Numbered from the stretch's first letter, positions 12,595-25,665 are shown. The stretch: DNA of 43,212 nucleotides from Octopus bimaculoides (GCF_001194135.2 NC_068991.1:51725521-51768732); one strand, 5' to 3'. Notes: generated by a model not told the origin, from the sequence alone. Program-made: numbers and translations.

Positions 12595-15500
12595 TACCTT
12601 ACCTCAGTTTATGAGCGACAGGAGTTTCCGAAGAAACTCTGGTTGTAACAGTGAATATAAAACTGGACCTTTTAAGGAAAAGCCTCTTGCTCAGAAGTGG
12701 TTCAGTAAAGATGCAGACTGACCACAGCTGTTATCCTAATACAGCATCAACAGATAATAGAGTAAGGAGGAGGAAATGGACCAGCGAAGAAAACAGGATA
12801 GTGATGCAATGCTACTTAGAAAGTGAACCTAAAAGAAGGGGCTATAGAAAATGGCTGTTAACACTTTGGGTAGAGAAGGGTACGTTTAAAGTGACTGAGC
12901 AGAGATTAGTAGATCGAGCTTAATGTTATTAGAAGAAGAAAGTGGATGACAGAACTGGAGGTAGAAGAGATCACAAGAGAACTGGTAAAGAAAGTAGGAA
13001 AGACAAACAACAACAAAGAGACATAGCTCAAACCAAAGAAGAATCTAAAGGAAAAAATAATAGCACATCCAATAAAGAAGAGACAACTGGCACCAGTGAC
13101 TTAAGTGATGTAAGTGAGGAAGATCAGATTTTAGATGAGTTGTAGGAAGTAATGAGTAAAGAAGTAAGAAAAAGGTTGCCAGCATTAAAAGGCATCAATG
13201 GAAGGAAGCTGCTAGAAATAACTAGGAAAGTATATTCTGTTATCAGTAGGATAGATACTAAAAATATAGGAGACACTAACTTATTGATTTATGCAGGAGG
13301 AGTAGGAGTAGTTAGTAAAAGATTAAATATCTCACAGGGAAAGATTAAAAAAGACCAAATGTAGAAAAGGAGACTAGAAAATAAAGTGAAGACTTTAAGA
13401 CAAGATCTGAGTAAAATAGAAACCTGGAAACTGAACAAGTTAGGAAACACAAGATGCAAATCTTCCCTTGAAAAAAGATACTTAGTCAAATAGAAAGGAT
13501 TTGGGACAGCAATAGAAGAGTTGAAACAGCGTATCATAGCAGTAGCAGGCAAACTCTCCAGATATCAGCAAAGAATAGATCTGTATCAACAGAATAGATT
13601 ATTTGAGACAGACCAGAGGAGATTTTATAACCAAATAAATAGTGGAGAATGAAGTAACTGAAGATGAGAAACCTAATGCAAAAGAAGCTAGAAATTTCTG
13701 GAGTAATATTTAGGATAAGCCAGTCAATCATAATGGAGAGACAGTAGGGTTAAAGAAAGTGAGGGAAGAAGTAGGGAGTAAGAAGCAACCAGATCTAAGA
13801 TTAACTAGTGCATTAATGAGTAAAGTGTTAGGAAAATGCCGAAATAGAAGGGCCCAGGACCAGATTTAATTCAAGGGTACTGGCCAAAGAAATTTAGTAG
13901 TTTACATGGGAGGCTGAGGGAACAACTTAAGGATTGCCTTAATGGAGGAATAATACCATATTGGATGACTAGAGGGAGAACAGTACTCATTATGAAAGAT
14001 AAAAGCAAGTGTAATACAGCAAGCAACTATAGACCAATCACTTGCTTACCATTAGTGTGGAAGCTTTTAACAGGAATGCTTTCAGAAAGCATTTACGAGC
14101 ACCTTGACAACCAGAATTTACTGCCAGAAGAACAAAAAGATTGCAGGAAGGAGAAAAATCTAACAATAGCATGAATAGATTATAAAAAAGCCTATGACAT
14201 GATCCCACACTCATAGCTAAGTGAATGTTTGAGTATATTCAGTGTAGCAGACAGCATAAGAGAATTAATTAGCTTTAGCATGAAGAAATTAAAAGATTGC
14301 AGGAAGAAGAAAAATCTAACAATAGCATGGATAGATTATAAAAAATCCTATGACATGATCCCACACTCATAGATAAGTGAATGTTTGAATATATTCAGTG
14401 TAGCAGACAGCATAAGAGAATTAATTAGCTTTAGCATGAAGAAAAGGAAAGTTAATATCAAAAGAGGAATTTTCCAGGGAGACTCATTGTCCCACTTAAT
14501 ATTTGTCTTATGTTTTTGATCCTCCTCAGTTTAGTATTAAGGAAGGCAAAAGCAGGGTATCATTTCAGAAATAGTAAAGGAAAAATTAACCATTTACTCT
14601 ACATGGATGATCTGAAGCTTTTTAGGAAGAATGAAAAAGAGATAGATTCCTTAATACAGACTGTAAGACTCTTCAGCAAACATATAGGCATGGAGTTTGG
14701 TATAGCTAAGTATACAATATTAGTCATGAGAAGGGGACAGGTAGTCAACAGCAAAGGCATCCAATAACCAGATGGTCAGACATTAAAATCTTTGAAAGGA
14801 GGAGAGAGTTATAAGAATCTAAGAGTATTAGAATCTGACAGAGTACTAACTATAGAAATGAAAACGAAAATTGAGAAGAAGTATATCAGAAGTGTGAGGA
14901 AGCTAATGAAGTCAAAACTAAATGGTCCAAATCTAGTGAAGGCTGTAAATACTTGGGCAGTATCATTACTTAGACACTCAGCAGCTTTTGTAAATTGGAC
15001 AAAAACTGAATTAGCAAAGCTAGACAGAAGAACTAGAAAGGAATTCAACATGAATGGAGGACTCCACCCAAGGGCAGGAGTAGCAAAATTATACTTACCT
15101 AGAAAGGAAGGCAGAAGAAGGTTAATATCAGTAGAAGATTGCATGGAGTGAGCTAGAGTAAATATAGACTCCTATGTAAGTAATAGTGAAGAAAGTTTAT
15201 TAAAAGCTGCTAGAGTCACAGTAAGACAGAGGGAAACCAAAAACCCAAACCAAGTTAAAAACCAGAAGAAAAGAACAGAAGTTATCTGACTGGCAGGAGA
15301 AGGCACTGCATGGTAGATTCTCAAAAATAGTTGCAGCAAATAGTAGTAGTGAGACATGGTTATAACTGCAGAAAGGAAAGCTGAAAAGGGAGACAGAAAG
15401 TTTGTTAGTAGCTGCACAACATCAAGCATTAAGGACTAATTGGATAAAAGCCATGATAGACAGAAACCAAGTAGATTCCCAATGTACGTTATACAAATCA

Positions 15501-16111
15501 TATGAAGAAAGCATTACTCATATGCTGGCACAAAAAAAATACAAGAAAAGACATGACAACCTAGGGAGAGTAATCCACTGGGAGCTATGTAGAAAGCTAG
15601 GATTTGACCATACTGATAAATGGTATGAAGATGAACCTAGCAAAGTTCTAAAAAGTAAGAAATCCAAGATGTTGTGCGACTTTAACATTCAGACTGACAG
15701 AGTAATAGAAGCTAGAAGGCCTGATTTAGTAGTAATAGATAAAGAGAATAAAAAGTGCCAGATAATTGAATTTACAGTCCCAAATGATGAAAAAAATCAA
15801 TATGAGAGGTATAGAAAAGAAATACCAGGACCTGGCCATTGAATTACAGAGACTATGGAAAGTGTGGGTGAAATGTATCCCAGTAGATATAGGTGCACTG
15901 GGAACTATTCCTAAAGATCTGAACAGATGGATAGAGGAAACAGGCATAAAACCCAGTTTAGTACAGCTCCAGAAAATAGTGTTATTAGGGACAGCTAGGA
16001 TACTTAGGAGTATTCTTGGCATCTATGGTTACTTGTTGTAGTCTGATGTTAGGATTTTTTTCTTTTCCAACAGTCTAATCTGTTGTGTGTATATGAAAAT
16101 AATAATAATAA
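12595..16111 (+). mobile_element. R4/Dong-clade non-LTR retrotransposon, near full length, inactivated
   Basis: N-terminal RRRKWTSEENRIVMQCY motif. RT motifs NYRPITCLP, WIDYKKxYD, GIFQGDSLSPL and YMDD (14600-14611). Decayed CCHC region and RLE motif RRPDLVVID (PD at 15720-15725). (TAA)n tail. Many stops and frameshifts. Confidence 0.93.
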
Positions 16112-16180
16112 TCCATTCCATTATAGGCACAAGGTCTGAAATTTGGAGGAAGGGATTAGTCCATTATATCAAGAGAGTGA
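16112..16180 (-). mobile_element. SINE family A 3' end abutting the Dong tail
   Basis: Reverse complement of tttcagaccttgtgcctataatggaatggatt. Confidence 0.65.
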
Positions 16181-16189
16181 AGATGTGTG

Positions 16190-16600
16190 GCTGAGAGAGT
16201 TGATAAGGCAGTATCATCTACATATCTAAGGTTGATGATGTTTATACTTACTCTTGACATTTCAGGTATGTCTTACATTCTTGTGATCTCAGTATACAGA
16301 TTAAAAAGACTAAGAGACAGTACAAAGTCTTACTTGACCACTTTCTTAATTATTAATTTCCATGGTTCAGTTCTTACAAAACATTTTTGAAGTCTTTATC
16401 CACACATCCCAAGTCCTGAGAGAAATCTGGTCATCCTTTTTACTCTGTCAAATACCTTGGCATAGTTTGTAGAGCATGAATAAATGTCTTGATTTATGTC
16501 TGGAGCTTTTTCATTCATGGTTTGTATGGGGAATATTCATTCAGTTTCGTATTCCTCATCTAAAACCACTTTGTAGTTCTTTAGTTATTCTTGCTGTAAT
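16190..16600 (-). mobile_element. Old RTE-clade reverse transcriptase fragment
   Basis: Minus-strand peptides QDIYSCSTNYAKVFDRVK, VLSLSLFNLYTE and INIINLRYVDDTAL (YVDD at 16224-16213) resemble RTE RT domains 3-5. Confidence 0.78.
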
Positions 16601-16834
16601 TCTTTACTGGAAAATCTTTAATATATAATGACAAAATATATGCACACTTTGATATATATTGCATTACATAAGTCGGTTATTTGATCTAGGTTGTGATTAC
16701 CTAATGCCTTTGACTCTTGTGCTAGTATTACATCTGTTCCAGTGCATTGGGAAATTTATGGTCTTTTCTACTTTCTAAATCATTGGCCTTGCAAGTTATG
16801 AGATACTCTTCACTTGTACTGGTGCCAAGAAAAT

Positions 16835-16990
16835 AAAACCCAGTACCATTTGTAAACTGGTTGATATCAAGTAAGGCATCCAGCCAAAGAAACAATATCA
16901 ATATATGGACACAGCAGTCTGACTCATCAGGTCCTGACAAATTGTCCAATTCATGCCAGCAAGGAAACTGGCTGTTAAATGATGATGATG
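16835..16990 (+). mobile_element. Decayed 3' part of family E retroelement with (GAT)n tail
   Basis: ggttgatatcaagtaaggcatccagcc...tgtccaattcatgccagc...gttaaatgatgatgatg parallels 22500-22655. Confidence 0.6.
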
Positions 16991-17299
16991 GGGATGATGC
17001 TGATATTTCAGAGTTGTACTGATCTGAGAGACTGTGTGTTGAAATTAGAGTAACTACATCGTGGCAGAGACGTTACCATTTAATAACTCATGGAGCTGTT
17101 AAATTCAATTCATACTTATTTCCTGAAGTGTCAACATTTTTGTCACATTGCTGTGATCTGGTTACTGACATAGTTCCACTGCAAATCTTTGAAAGTCTGT
17201 TAACAGCCAGTTCTTACAGGTTAAGAGTTTTATTTCCTTTTCTCTTTCTTTCTTTTTGTTTTTTTCATTTCATTATTCTTTTATTTTTTTTATTTTTTA

Positions 17300-17495
17300 C
17301 TTGTTTCAGTCATTTGACTGTGGCCAGGCTGGAACACTGCCTTTAGTCAAACGAATCAACCCTAAAACTTATTCTTTGTAAGCCTAGTACTTTTTCTATC
17401 AGTCTCTTTTCCCAAACCACTAAGTTATGGGGACATAAACACACCAACATCGGTTGTCAAGCAACGATGGTGGGGACAAATATAGACACACAAAC

Positions 17496-17579
<84 letters not shown>

Positions 17580-17742
17580 GATGGGCTTCTTTCAGTTTCC
17601 ATCTACCAAATCTACCAACAAGGTTCTGGTCAGTGCGGGGCTATAGTAGAAGGCATTTGCCCAAGGTGTCATGCATGGGGACTGAACATGAAACCATGTG
17701 GTTGGGAAACAAGCTTCATACCACACAACTATGCCTGCACCT
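17300..17742 (-). mobile_element. SINE family B with internal (TA)n of about 70 bp
   Basis: Colinear with 3391-3944. Confidence 0.88.
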
Positions 17743-17959
17743 ACCATCATTATTTTAACATCAACTTTTCCCTTCTTGCATGAACCAGACAAAATTTATT
17801 GAGTCAAATGCTCTTCCTGTTGCCAACCCTCATTTGTTTCCTGGTAAGGAAATATTTCCCCATGACCAGACTTGTTTATCATGGAACACTAGAAACAAAC
17901 ACCCTTGCTTGTATGGTGATGATGCTCATTTACAATCATTACATGATGTCTAAACAAGG

Positions 17960-18768
17960 ATACACACTGGCATACACACAAACACACACACACACATGAA
18001 CACAAACACACACACACACACACACACAAATACAATCACAAACACACACATACAAACAAACACACACACAAACACACACTAACGCATATACAAAAACAAA
18101 CACACACTAACACACACAAACACACATACACACTAATACACACACACACACACAAACACACACTAACACACGTACAAACACAAACTAATACACACATACA
18201 CACTAACACATGAACACAAACACACAAACACATACACAAGCACAAACACACACTAACACAACTACAAACATGCAGTAACACTCACAAACATACACAGTAA
18301 AATACATACACACCAACACACATGCTAACACACACGCACACATACACAAGTACAAACAAAACACAAACACACACTAACACAACTACAAACAAATACACAA
18401 ACACATACACACACACACTAACACACACAAACATACACAGTAACACACACACAAACACACTAACACCCAAACACAAACACACACACAAACACAAGCACAC
18501 ACTAACACATACACAAGCACAAACACACACTAACACAAACACACACTAACACAAACACACACTAACACAAACACACTAACACAAACACAAGCACACACTC
18601 AAACACAAACACATACACAAACATGCAGTAACACTCACAAACATACACAGTAAAATACATACACACCAACACACATACTAACACACACACACACACATAC
18701 ACAAGTACAAACAAAACACAAACACGCACTAACTCACACAAAACACAAACACTAACACAACTACAAAC

Positions 18769-18807
<39 letters not shown>

Positions 18808-18845
18808 CAAACACACAAACACACATGCTAATACACACAGACACA
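17960..18845. repeat. Complex AC-rich satellite with an internal duplication of about 110 bp
   Basis: Mixed acac/acaa/actaac units; the block starting aaacatgcagtaacactcac occurs at 18266 and 18619. Confidence 0.85.
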
Positions 18846-18952
18846 TTCACACTCATTCATATACATATTCATTTTATTTCCCCTCTTTTCTGTTACAAGT
18901 AAAGACATATATATATTTGTTCTATCCATGAAGATTGACTTCAACCCTTTAA

Positions 18953-19172
18953 CCTTTTCATTACCAACCCGGCTGAAACCAGTTCTGGCTCTGAGTACAA
19001 ATGTCTTGTTTTCATAAGTTTTGAATTAAAATCTTCCACCAAACCCTAGTCACAATTTATGTTCCTAACACTAACTGAATGATAACTAAGTTATTTCACT
19101 AAATTCTTTGTTATATTTAAAGTAATTGAAAGAAATACAGAGCATCTCAAAATAAATACAGTAACGAAAGGG
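18953..19172. mobile_element. piggyBac-type MITE (220 bp)
   Basis: TTAA at 18949-52 and 19173-76; imperfect TIRs ccttttcattac / gtaacgaaaggg. Confidence 0.82.
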
Positions 19173-19614
19173 TTAACCCTGTTCAGTCATTAGATGTCAT
19201 TTTCATTTGATTTTCTTTTTGGCTTTTGTTTGTTTTTCTTTCATTTACAACTTTATTTCTATTAATGCCACCATTTTTACCTGGCTTTTTCTTTCTTTTT
19301 TTTTTTTCTTTTCTCTTACCCCTAAAAATTTCTTCCCCTAACAGGCATTATGAAAGATGTGAATGAAATAAAAGCTGAACTGAAAAACAGAAAACCATTA
19401 TGATCTGCAAGATTCTCTTCCTATGGAAAATCTTCAAATCCTGTTTGTAGAATAAGAATGCAAAATGCTGAGTCTAAATGATTAACCTTTCCAATTTACT
19501 GAAATGTTTTGGCTTGAGGAAAAAATACCCACTTATTAATCATTGATTCAATGTTAATTTGGCTGTTAAATAGTGGCGGTGGTGGTGGTGGTGGTGGTGG
19601 TGGTGGTGGTGATG

Positions 19615-19651
<37 letters not shown>

Positions 19652-20218
19652 CAGCAGCAGTAGTCATCGTCACCATATCTAATCAAAGAAGCTACATAGA
19701 AATTAGTTTTTAGCAGCTCTTCAGAGCATTCCCAATCATTTTCCTATCTTTCTGTTTTGTCTAATAATGTGGAGCTGGAAGATATTCCAAAGACATATGT
19801 CTCCTTTACAGAGTAATTACAGACAAGATTACCTCATTAAATTGGTCGAAGTTCGCATATAAAAACAGCTAAAAGATTTTATTGGTTAATAACAAAAATG
19901 AAATGGAACAAAATAAAATATAAGACCAGATAATTGAATTCAATACGAAATTTTTAACTCATTAAGTTGCCTGAGATATTATTTTTACATTAAAAATATC
20001 CAGCATTACCTATGTTTTAAGAATTACAATTCATTTGAAAAGAAAAAGAGAATATTTACTTACAAAACTTGAAATATATAAAGTCTATATCAGTCAATAA
20101 TAAATTTGTTTTTTATTTGATACATTAAAATGTCCCAAGAGAGACATAAAATGTTGTATAAGTGTTTTTATGATAGAATCTGTCATTTGGTGACTTTGTA
20201 TAATTAAATCTATACTTT

Positions 20219-20478
20219 GTGAAGGTGCGTAGCCTAGTGGTAAGAGTATTGCACTCATAATTGCTTAATCACGAGTTCAATTACCAGACCGAGCAGCACA
20301 TTGTGTTCTTGAGCAAAACACTTCGTTTCATGTCGTTCCAATCCACTCAGCTGTAAATGGATATCCCTGTGATGGAATATTCTTCCAGTCAGGAGTAATG
20401 TTGGCCTGCACCTTCTAACCAGCAGGGCAGAATCATTCAAAAGCTAAAACAAAATAAAGTGCATTGTGACTAGTGATA
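20219..20478 (+). mobile_element. SINE family C variant with a different 3' tail
   Basis: tagcctagtggtaag...gagttcaattacc...ttgtgttcttgagcaaaacac...ccactcagctg...ctgtgatgga. Confidence 0.75.
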
Positions 20479-20480
20479 TA

Positions 20481-20704
20481 TGTCACAGTGTGACAAGGCT
20501 GACCCTTTGAATTACAGGCACAACAGAAACAGGAAGTAAGTATGAGAGAAAGTTGTGGTGAAAGAGTACAGCAGGGTTCACCACCATCCCCTGCCGGAGC
20601 CTCGTGGAGCTTTAGGTGTTTTCGCTCAATTAACACTCACAACGCCCGGTCTGGGAATCGAAACCGCGAGTCCGCTGCCCTAACCACTGGGCCATTGCGC
20701 CTTC
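20481..20704 (-). mobile_element. SINE family D, 5' portion
   Basis: Reverse complement is highly similar to the 5' portion of the 24855-25239 copy. Confidence 0.88.
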
Positions 20705-20969
20705 TAAGCAACCAACTATACACAGATTAACCCTCAGAAACAATTCTATACAATTTACCCAATGTAACTTATATTTTCACAATAAATTACTCCATATATT
20801 TAACTCTATGTATCCAACTTTTCACTATTCACATTGGTAGTGAGGTTCTAAATGATATTTGGTTTTTAGTAGGAGAAAGAAAAATGAAACCTAGTGGTAA
20901 TTGTGGGCAACTCTCAAAGAAAAGTGGACAATGTTAAGAAATAAATTTGTTTTAGAAACATTTCTTTTA

Positions 20970-21349
20970 TTTGTTTCAGTCATTAGGCTGTGGCCATGCT
21001 GTGGCACCACCTTGGAAAATTTTAGTCCAATGAATCAACCACAGTACTAATTTTTTTGAGCCTGGTACTTATTCTATTGGTCAGTTTTTGCCAAACTGTT
21101 AAGCTACAGGGACATAAACGCACCAACACCACTTGTCAAGTGGTGGGGGAGAAACACAAAGTCACACACACACACACACACATACATATATATATGACAA
21201 GCTTCTTTCAGTTTCCATTTACCAAATCCACTCATAAGGCTTTTGTTAGCTAGACACTATAGTAGAAGACACTTGCCCAAGGTTCCACACAGTGAGACTG
21301 AACCTGGGACCATGTGGTTGGGAAGCAAATTTTTTACCACACAGCCACA
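20970..21349 (-). mobile_element. SINE family B
   Basis: Colinear with other B copies; short internal (CA)/(TA) tract. Confidence 0.85.
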
Positions 21350-21529
21350 TTGTAAATATACAAAAAGATACAAGAATGGTGGATCTGTTTAACTAGAGAT
21401 AAGCTGGAACTAACCAACAACAACAACAATAAAATTACATGAGATCATTAACAGTGATGTTACAATGTTAACAATAAATTCTTTTCTAACATAAATACTA
21501 GAACTCAGATTCAAGAGAAGGATGTTGTG

Positions 21530-21630
21530 AACTGACTTTACCTCAGCACATAACTGGTATTTATTTTATTGTCCCCTCCACAAGGATGAAAGACAAAGTT
21601 AACCCAGGCAGTATTTGAACACAAGACATG
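21530..21630 (-). mobile_element. SINE family A fragment
   Basis: aactggtatttattttatt...ggatgaaagacaaagttaacc...atttgaac. Confidence 0.6.
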
Positions 21631-22284
21631 TTAAAGTATGAATTTCACTAGGATGCTGGTAGTCTGTCCACCCACCACCCTCAACAATAAAGTAACAATG
21701 CAAACCAGTTATATAGCCTTTACCATCTTAATAAAAGGATATGTTGGTTGTGAGTTCCCTGTACACAGGAAAAACTAAATTATGACTGACCTGGGGTTAA
21801 AATAACAAAATAACAACATGATGATGATGATGGTGGTGGTGGTAGTGGTGGATTTAAAGGTGATGATGATGGTGATGGTGATGACGATGATGATTTTTTT
21901 TCTGACAACAACCATACCAATTTTTATAGTAGTGGGAATATAACTGGTTCAGTTAACTGATGAATCCTACAAATATTTGATAAAAGCAAATTGATTCTGA
22001 TAAAGTCAATCCTAAGAGTATTCAAACACAAAACAGTGAGACACAGACGGAACTATTTGAATGAACTACATCTGACTCTCTGTTGGAGTTAAGCCCCATC
22101 ATCAGCATCCTAATGAAATTCATACTTTAACATTTATAGACAAAGTTCTGGTATGTTGTTGCTGTTATTGATGAAAAACAATGATTTCTTTGTATGACAT
22201 GTTCTTGTGCAAGGTCAAACAACAACAGTTGTAGTAAGATAGAATTTGTCTAAAACATTTGGCAGCATAGAGCTTTAACCATTA

Positions 22285-22655
22285 CATCTGGCTTTCGTGC
22301 CGGTGGCATGTAAATAGCACCATTTTAAGTGTGACCGTTACCAGCGTCGCCTTCCTGAAAGACATTCGAGTGAGTTCGTTGCCAGTACCGCTGGACTGGC
22401 TCCTGTGCAGGTGGCACATAAAATACACCATTTCAAGCGTGGCTGTTGCCAGTACCTCCTGACTGGCCTTCGTGCCGGTGGAACGTAAAAGCACCCACTA
22501 CACTCTCGGAGTGGTTGGCGTTAGGAAGGGCATCCAGCTGTAGAAACTCTGCCAAATCAGAATGGAGCCTGGTGTAGCCATCTGGTTCACCAGTCCTCAG
22601 TCAAATCGTCCAACCCATGCTAGCATGGAAAGCGGATGTTAAACAATGATGATGA
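22285..22655 (+). mobile_element. Family E non-autonomous retroelement or LINE 3' UTR with repeated hairpin motif and (GAT)n tail
   Basis: Three copies of ctggc-x-x-x-gtgc-x-ggtgg-x-a-x-x-taaa at 22288, 22396 and 22463, then ggttggcgttaggaagggcatccag and gttaaacaatgatgatga. Confidence 0.75.
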
Positions 22656-22740
22656 GGAGGAGGAGGATCTCTCAATATGCAAACTAATTTGGGTAATATA
22701 GATATTCAATCATTATACTTCTTGATACATCATGCCTCCT

Positions 22741-22915
22741 TAAGGTGGCAAGCTAACAGAATCATTAGTACACCAGGCAAAATGCTCAGCAACATTTCAT
22801 TCATCTTTATGCTCTGGGTTCAAATTTCACTGAGGTCGACTTCGCCTTTCATTCTTTTGGGGTCGATAAAATAAGTACAGTTGATTACCCTCCCCTAAAA
22901 TTGTGGCCTTGAATA
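22741..22915 (+). mobile_element. SINE family A (internally deleted)
   Basis: Shared A head, B-box gggttcaaattt and body. Confidence 0.8.
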
Positions 22916-23278
22916 TGTCTGGCCTCCTTTTGTGGGTAATTAAATAGTATACCAATTAATTATTTGAGTTGATTTAATCAACTAAACCATTCCTAAAAAT
23001 CTATTGTCTTGTGACAATATTACAATATTACAATGCTTTTAGTATATTGGTATCAGAATATATACATTTTAGTACATTGTAATTGTAATAGCAATTACAG
23101 CCAAAATCTTCAGGTAATTCTTCTTTATAGTTATCCTCTGTCATCAGCATTCCGTTATCATTCTTTATTTGCCATATAAAGCAATAAAATGGAGCCTATA
23201 GCTGAAGTACTACATATGAATAGAGAGAGAATCAAGTTCAACACTTTAATGTATTTTCTGTCAATATTAGTCGAAAGT

Positions 23279-23710
23279 GAAGGCGATGAATTGGCAGAAT
23301 TGTTAGCATTCTAGGCAAAATGCTTAGTGACAATTTGTCATTCTTTTCACCAAGGTCAGCTTTGTCTTTCACCCTTTTGGGGCTGATAAAATAAGTAGCA
23401 GTTGAGTACTGAGGTTGATGCAATCAACTTACTCCCCGCCACAAAACTGCTGGCCTTGTGCCAAAATTTAAAATCAATATCAGTCCAAAATGAAGGTAGC
23501 AAACTTGCAGAATTGTTAGCATGCCAGGCAAAATGCTCATCAGGATTTTGTCTGTCTTTATGTTCTGAGTTAAAATTTCCCTGAGGTCAACTTTACCTTT
23601 CATACTTTCAGTGCCGATAAAATAAGTACCAGTTGAGCATTAGGGTTGATGCAATCAACATACCTCACCTTCTGAACTAGCTGGCTATGTGCCAAAATTT
23701 AAAGCCAATA
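23279..23710 (+). mobile_element. Two tandem SINE family A copies (23279-23480 and 23492-23710)
   Basis: Each has a ggcagaattgttagca-type head and a ggc-x-x-tgtgccaaaattt tail. Confidence 0.82.
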
Positions 23711-24004
23711 TTAGTCAGAGTAGACTGATTCTCTAATTAACTTTTCATTTTCATTTAAATCAGTTAGCATCAATCATACAGGACTTTTGTAAAAAAGAGA
23801 AAAAAACAGAAAATTGAATTATATGAGGTTCCCTTTCCTTCATCCCATTATATTTGAAACAAATGTTTCAGTTACTTTTGGCTGGCAGAACTCACTAACA
23901 TTTACAAAGAACTCTGTAATTTGAAATTCTAATGAGAGACAGTTTACTTTTACTTATCTCACAAAACCTGACCCCTTTAAAACAAAGTCTATGAAAGATA
24001 AAAA

Positions 24005-24301
24005 CTGGTACTCTGTCAGTTATGATGATGAGGGTTCCAGTTGATCCTATCAACAGAAGAGTCTGCTCATGAAATTAACAAGCAAATGGTTGAGCACTCT
24101 ACAGACACATACCCTTAGCATATTTCTCAGGGAGATCCATTGTGACACAGAATGTGACAAGGCTCTCCCTTTGCACTACAGATACAATTCATTTTTGCTA
24201 ACTGAGCAATGTGAAATAGAGTGTCTTGTTCAAGGACACAACATGCTACTGGGAATCGAACTCACACCAAATACCCTAATCACTAAGCCCTACACCTTCA
24301 C
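24005..24301 (-). mobile_element. Chimeric SINE: family C head plus family D tail
   Basis: Reverse complement is colinear with 26002-26317. Confidence 0.78.
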
Positions 24302-24854
24302 ATAAGAGATATTATCCCAACAATTGAATAAGTACCATTGAGTAAAAGGGAAACCTTTGAAAAGTCTGTGCCTTGTCCCGACCAAAGTAAATTCTTTTCT
24401 ATTTTTACTGCTTAGACAACAGAATCTATGCAGTTCTACTCCTTTCTGCTTAAATTAGCTATCGTGTGATAGAGCTAGAAATTTGTATTATAACAACAAC
24501 AAATAGTGAAAACTAAATGCATTACAGCATTTAGTAGTGACTTCTCAGGTCTGAGTTCAAATATTTATGGATCAATTTTTTTTTTGTCCCTCTGTAGTCA
24601 ATAAAATAAAGTGCTAAAATTTCAGTTCAATTGATAATCAAATTGCCTGCATGGCTGCATAACAAATCAATATAGAAATAACAAAAGCAAATACACTCTC
24701 TTTCTCTCTTGAAGTAGTAGTTTATTTTCCAGTTAAGTGAAAGAACATAGTTCAATTCCTGTTATGGGGTTTGTTACTCTTAAATTAATCATTTGTTAGA
24801 AACAGAAGAATTTCAAACAATATGTCCTCTAACATTTAAGTACATTGAAAGGCA

Positions 24855-25239
24855 AGTGGAGGCGCAATGGCCCAGTGGTTAGGGCAGCAGACTCGCGGTC
24901 ATAGGATCGCGGTTTCGATTCCCAGACCGGGCGTTGTGAGTGTTTATTGAGCGAAAACACCTAAAGCTCCATGAGGCTCCGGCAGGGGATGGTGGCGAAC
25001 CCTGCTGTACTCTTTCACCACAACTTTCTCTCACTCTTACTTCCTGTTTCTGTTGTGTCTGTAATTCAAAGTGTCAGCCTTGTCACACTGTGTCACGCTG
25101 AATATCCCTGAGAACTACATTAAGGGTACACGTGTCTGTGGATTGCTCAGCCACTTGCACGTTAATTTCATGAGCAGGCTGTTCTGTTGGTCAGATCGAC
25201 TGGAACCCTCGACGTCGTAAGCGACGGAGTGCCAACAAC
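24855..25239 (+). mobile_element. SINE family D, full length and young, inserted at the head of a family A copy
   Basis: 13-bp TSD acattgaaaggca at 24842-24854 and 25240-25252; intact A/B boxes tggcccagtggttag and ggtttcgattcc. Confidence 0.92.
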
Positions 25240-25246
25240 ACATTGA

Positions 25247-25372
25247 AAGGCAGCAAGCTGGCAGAATTGTTAGCACACTAAGTAAAATGCTGAATGACAT
25301 TTCATCCATCCTTACATTCTGAGATCAAATTCTACTAAGGTCGACTTTGCTTTCACCTTTTCAGGTTTGATA
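25247..25372 (+). mobile_element. SINE family A, 5' portion
   Basis: aaggcagcaagctggcagaattgttagc...gagatcaaattc...gtcgactttgc. Confidence 0.78.
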
Positions 25373-25470
25373 AACTAATATTTAAGTACAAGTATTTTCC
25401 TGAGTTTAAACCTGTTGAGGTCAACTTTAGTTTATCACCCACTCAGTATTGGTAAGACAAGAATCAGTTG

Positions 25471-25665
25471 AAGAATCGTTAGCATGCTAGGCAAAATGCT
25501 TAGTGGTATTTCGTCTGTCTTTACATTCTGAGTTCAAATTCTGCCAAGGTTGACTTTGCCTTTCATCCTTTCAGGCTCGATAAATTAAGTACCAGTTGCG
25601 TACTGAGGTCAATCTAATCGACTGGCCCCTCCCCCAAAATTTCAGCCCTTGTACCTAGAGTAGAA
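25471..25665 (+). mobile_element. SINE family A, slightly 5'-truncated
   Basis: 17-bp TSD aagacaagaatcagttg at 25454-25470 and 25666-25682. Confidence 0.9.

Noticed and set aside
13350-14400. Several TGG-to-TAG/TGA changes in the Dong element suggesting deaminase hypermutation
   Set aside because: Most Trp codons remain intact; ordinary transition decay is sufficient.
832-19403. Putative plus-strand exons: 832-904 (KGCISLILKK...), 1984 onward, 17129-17219 and 19345-19403 (IMKDVNEIKAELKNRKPL*)
   Set aside because: Splice-like sites exist, but there is no recognisable homology, the 832 acceptor is weak, and two of them would be antisense inside the ACYP intron. Not supportable without RNA data.
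24860-24935. Functional tRNA gene
   Set aside because: It has A/B boxes but continues into SINE D body sequence bounded by a TSD, so it is a SINE head.
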